From positions 1 to 64,000 of the IMG/VR virus record IMGVR_UViG_3300021431_002946: DNA of 64,000 nt. The stretch is one strand, 5' to 3'. This DNA is from a virus (Duplodnaviria; Heunggongvirae; Uroviricota; Caudoviricetes). Position 1 is the stretch's first letter; each line of letters starts with the position of its first letter. Positions 61,006-64,000 of the stretch are shown here, piece by piece. Below the pieces are notes generated by a model. The model made no database searches and was not told the DNA's origin. It saw nothing but the letters and a program-made list of their open reading frames with translations. Both the position numbers and the translations under genes were made by a program.

Positions 61006-62301
61006 ATGACATTTCTTGAAGAAGAGAGAATAAAGGATATTAAAAATACATTTTCAAAATATTTTGAAATTAATAGAATTGAAAATGAAGGACATCAAGC
61101 TGGTAATAAAAATATTGAAGAATTTAGTATATTTTTTGATGAATCAGACGCAACTCATTTTATGATTCAATATCATTTGACAAACGAGGTATGGAAAGTA
61201 TCTTTTTGGACATATGATTTTGCACATGAATATGTATCAGATTGGCACCATGAATTAAATGATGCACTAGCTGAATCTATTAAAAAAGCATTTAATGATG
61301 AAGGTTTATTATCTTTAATTGAAAATATAAAAGATGTTATAAATATATTTAATAAATATTCAGGTATAAATAGTATATAAGGAGTCCAATATGAGAGAAA
61401 TTTTGAAAGTGCTTTAAGTAGTCCATCATTTACAAAAGAATATGATTTTATATTTAATAAAGGAGAATAAAATTATGACAGTAGATGAAGTAGTAAAAAA
61501 ATTAAGAGAAATTAATTTAGCTGAGAATGATGAAAAATGTGTTGATGAAGATGCATTTTCTAGTGATCTTAGTTTTCATACATTTAAAATAAAAAATGTT
61601 AGTGATTGTATAACAATTAGTTGGTTAACTAAATACTGGGATGAAAATGAAGAACAACAACAATTAGTAATTGATCAAATAAAAGAAGTTATTCAATATT
61701 GGTTTAAGAAACTTAATATTAATGATGCTTTTAATATTTATATTGAAGTTTGTCCAGATAAATGTTCTGAATGGGATGCAGATGAAGATGGGGCTTATTT
61801 AAGTGAAGCTCTTGTTATTGAAAATGGTGAATGGAGACACTAATTATGGAAAATTTAGAAAAGATGGTTAAAGAAATGCAAGATTTTCTTGCAAATTTTG
61901 AGCATGAATATGTTGAATATGAAGAGGATTCCAGTCTAGCTTTTTATGTTAATTTTACAATAGGATATAATGGAGATGTTAGTTTAACATGTGATTTTGA
62001 AGAAAATAAATTTATAGTAGATTCAAGTATAGCAGATGATAATTATTATTATGCGTCTGGACAAGATCGATACGATCCAGAAGATGAAGAATATGAAGAA
62101 TTAGAAGAGCAAAAAGAAAAGTATTTAGAAGATATGAATAGTAAAAATAATTTTAATAATTTTGAAAAAGCTTTAGATAAAGCTTGGGATTATTGTATCG
62201 ATCTTAATGAAAATGAAGTATCTGGAGATGATGAGTGTACATATTCAGAAGTATTATCTAAATTATTATCTATATATGAAAAATATCAAGATAAAAAATA
62301 A
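61006..62301 (+). CDS. Three acidic hypothetical proteins (61006-61380, 61475-61843, 61831-62301)
   Basis: RBS; paralogy to 60584 and 44706. Confidence 0.6.
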
Positions 62302-62316
62302 GGGGAGATTTTAATT

Positions 62317-62481
62317 ATGAATGATGAGGCAGAAAAGTTATTGTCTTACGCAAAAGCTATTTCAGACTATTGTAAAGAAAATGTAAACTGTAAAGATTGT
62401 CCTTTTATAAGTAAAAATTCAGTTCATCCTTGCATGTTTGAAGATAATGATGGTTATAATCAGCCTTATGATTGGTTTTAA
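62317..62481 (+). CDS. Unannotated 54-aa Cys-rich phage-type protein
   Basis: GGGGAG RBS; MNDEAEKLLSYAKAISDYCKENVNCKDCPFISKNSVHPCMF...PYDWF. Confidence 0.6.
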   Translation: MNDEAEKLLSYAKAISDYCKENVNCKDCPFISKNSVHPCMFEDNDGYNQPYDWF

Positions 62482-62558
62482 TTAGGAGGATTATTATGGG
62501 ACCAAAATATGCAGATGATTTAGAAAAATATATAATTTAAAGATTAAGGAGATTAATT

Positions 62559-63769
62559 ATGGAACTAACTTTTAAATTGGTTAAAGGTCATAAACATGAT
62601 CATGGAAAATTTGAAATAGAAAATCTTCAAGTATTAGATGTAGATTCAGATTTAAGAGAAAATGTTACTTGGGATAATATTATATTATATTTAGACGATA
62701 AACTTTATGAAAATGATATTGAAACTTTTGCAATGGGAAATTTAGATGCAGAAGATATATTTAGACAATGTTTAAATGCATATTTAAGAAATGATACATC
62801 TGATTATGAATCTTTTGGAGATGAATGGTCTATTTTCAAAAAATGTGAAGTATTAAAAGAATATAAAGATAATTTACTTATTAAAATGCCTATATATGAA
62901 TATGATGGACTTCATATTTATGAATTAGATTTAGCAACTCCATATAATAGATATTATTATGAATCTTGCGGTAATGGTTTCTTATGTTTAGATAGTAATG
63001 GTGGACTTGTTACAGATATGGAATGTTGGTATGAGCAAGGCATAATAGAAGATCTTTGTGCTATTATTAAAGGTGAACTTAAATGTCTTTATAGAGGAGA
63101 AAATGTTAATTTAATGATTAAAGAATATGGTGGAGAAGAAGCATTTTTAGAAGAAAATGACAATTAAAGGAAACATTTTATGAATATAGAACAAAAAGTT
63201 TCACTTTCTCCTGAAGATAAACATGAAATTTTAAGTATTAAAGCGCCTTAGGGATAAATAATATAGAAAATTTAATAAATAGGAGATAAAAAATGTTTAA
63301 TAAAAAAACAGGTAAAGATAAATATGAACAAATGGTTAAAAATAAAGATGAAAATATGAAAAAGATAATTGATGCTTCACATATTAATTTTTTAAAGTGG
63401 CTAAAACAAAATAAACATAAAATTATGCATGATATAGATGTAGAATTAAATGAGTTTATAAAGCATGATGACGACGCATTTTGTTATGCAGAAATTAATT
63501 TTGATTATAATGATGATGAAAAAAATCCATATATTTTACTTTATAATCCTAGAGGAATTAAAAGTCCATATCGTAGCTTTAATAAAAAAATAAAAAATGT
63601 ATATATATTTGATAAATGTCTTGATGAAGATTTACAATTTTATGGAGAAACATTTAAAAATTGGGTAGAAGATGAATTAGGTTTATATGCTAGTTTTTTT
63701 CTTACTTTTCGTGGAGTTGCTATAATAGTTTCATATGATAAAAATGCAATTAAAAAGAAAGACAATTAA
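62559..63769 (+). CDS. Two hypothetical proteins (62559-63167, 63293-63769)
   Basis: ORFs with AGGAG RBS. Confidence 0.6.
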
Positions 63770-63901
63770 GTATATTTTAAACTAATTTTATAATATAATT
63801 GTAATTAGATTGTAATTAATTTGAAATAAATAAATATGTACAAAACTATCAAGGAGTGTTAGAATTCTATTAAAAATACATAATAATTGGAGGTATATAT
63901 T

Positions 63902-64000
63902 ATGTTTAAAGTAAAATATCCATTACAACCTGATACTGATAAATTTGATAAATTAATTAATCCTATTTTTGGTAAAAAATTATCAACTATGTGGCATAAA
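63902..64000 (+). CDS. 5' end of a gene running off the window
   Basis: GGAGG RBS, then MFKVKYPLQPDTDKFDKLINP... Confidence 0.5.
   Translation, partial: MFKVKYPLQPDTDKFDKLINPIFGKKLSTMWHK

Noticed and set aside
1-64000. cas genes, tRNA/rRNA genes, integrase/transposase, phage structural genes
   Set aside because: No recognisable motifs in any ORF or intergenic region of this window; they may lie elsewhere on the replicon.

Overview
Very AT-rich, gene-dense, almost entirely + strand segment of a large Firmicutes (probably Clostridia-type) mobile replicon, most likely a conjugative megaplasmid or a phage-plasmid. I saw no housekeeping, rRNA, tRNA or cas genes. 1-17 kb: surface and conjugation-like genes (sortase-anchored subtilase/NlpC adhesin, TcpC/VirB8-like, NlpC/P60 hydrolase, VirB6-like). 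17-35 kb: accessory genes and a restriction-modification locus with a split methyltransferase. 35-43.5 kb: an element-encoded sigma70 factor, an FtsK-like protein and a radical SAM/SPASM RiPP cluster with four unannotated Cys-X3-Asp precursor peptides (a fifth lies about 4.5 kb upstream) plus an ABC exporter. 43.5-64 kb: about 40 small, often acidic, domain-shuffled hypothetical genes. Three layers are invisible in the ORF track. (1) About 20 type I-E-like CRISPR repeats (consensus ATTRT-CTCCRT-N4-AYGGAG-GTTATTC, period ~61) are scattered over 8 intergenic loci as mini-arrays and solitary units. Their stems show compensatory changes, and two related spacers differ at every sixth position, the Cascade-unpaired register. 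(2) The ranthipeptide-like precursor array. (3) A repeated promoter + conserved leader + terminator-hairpin module sits in front of the small-gene operons. Family assignments come from motifs read by eye; no database searches were run.
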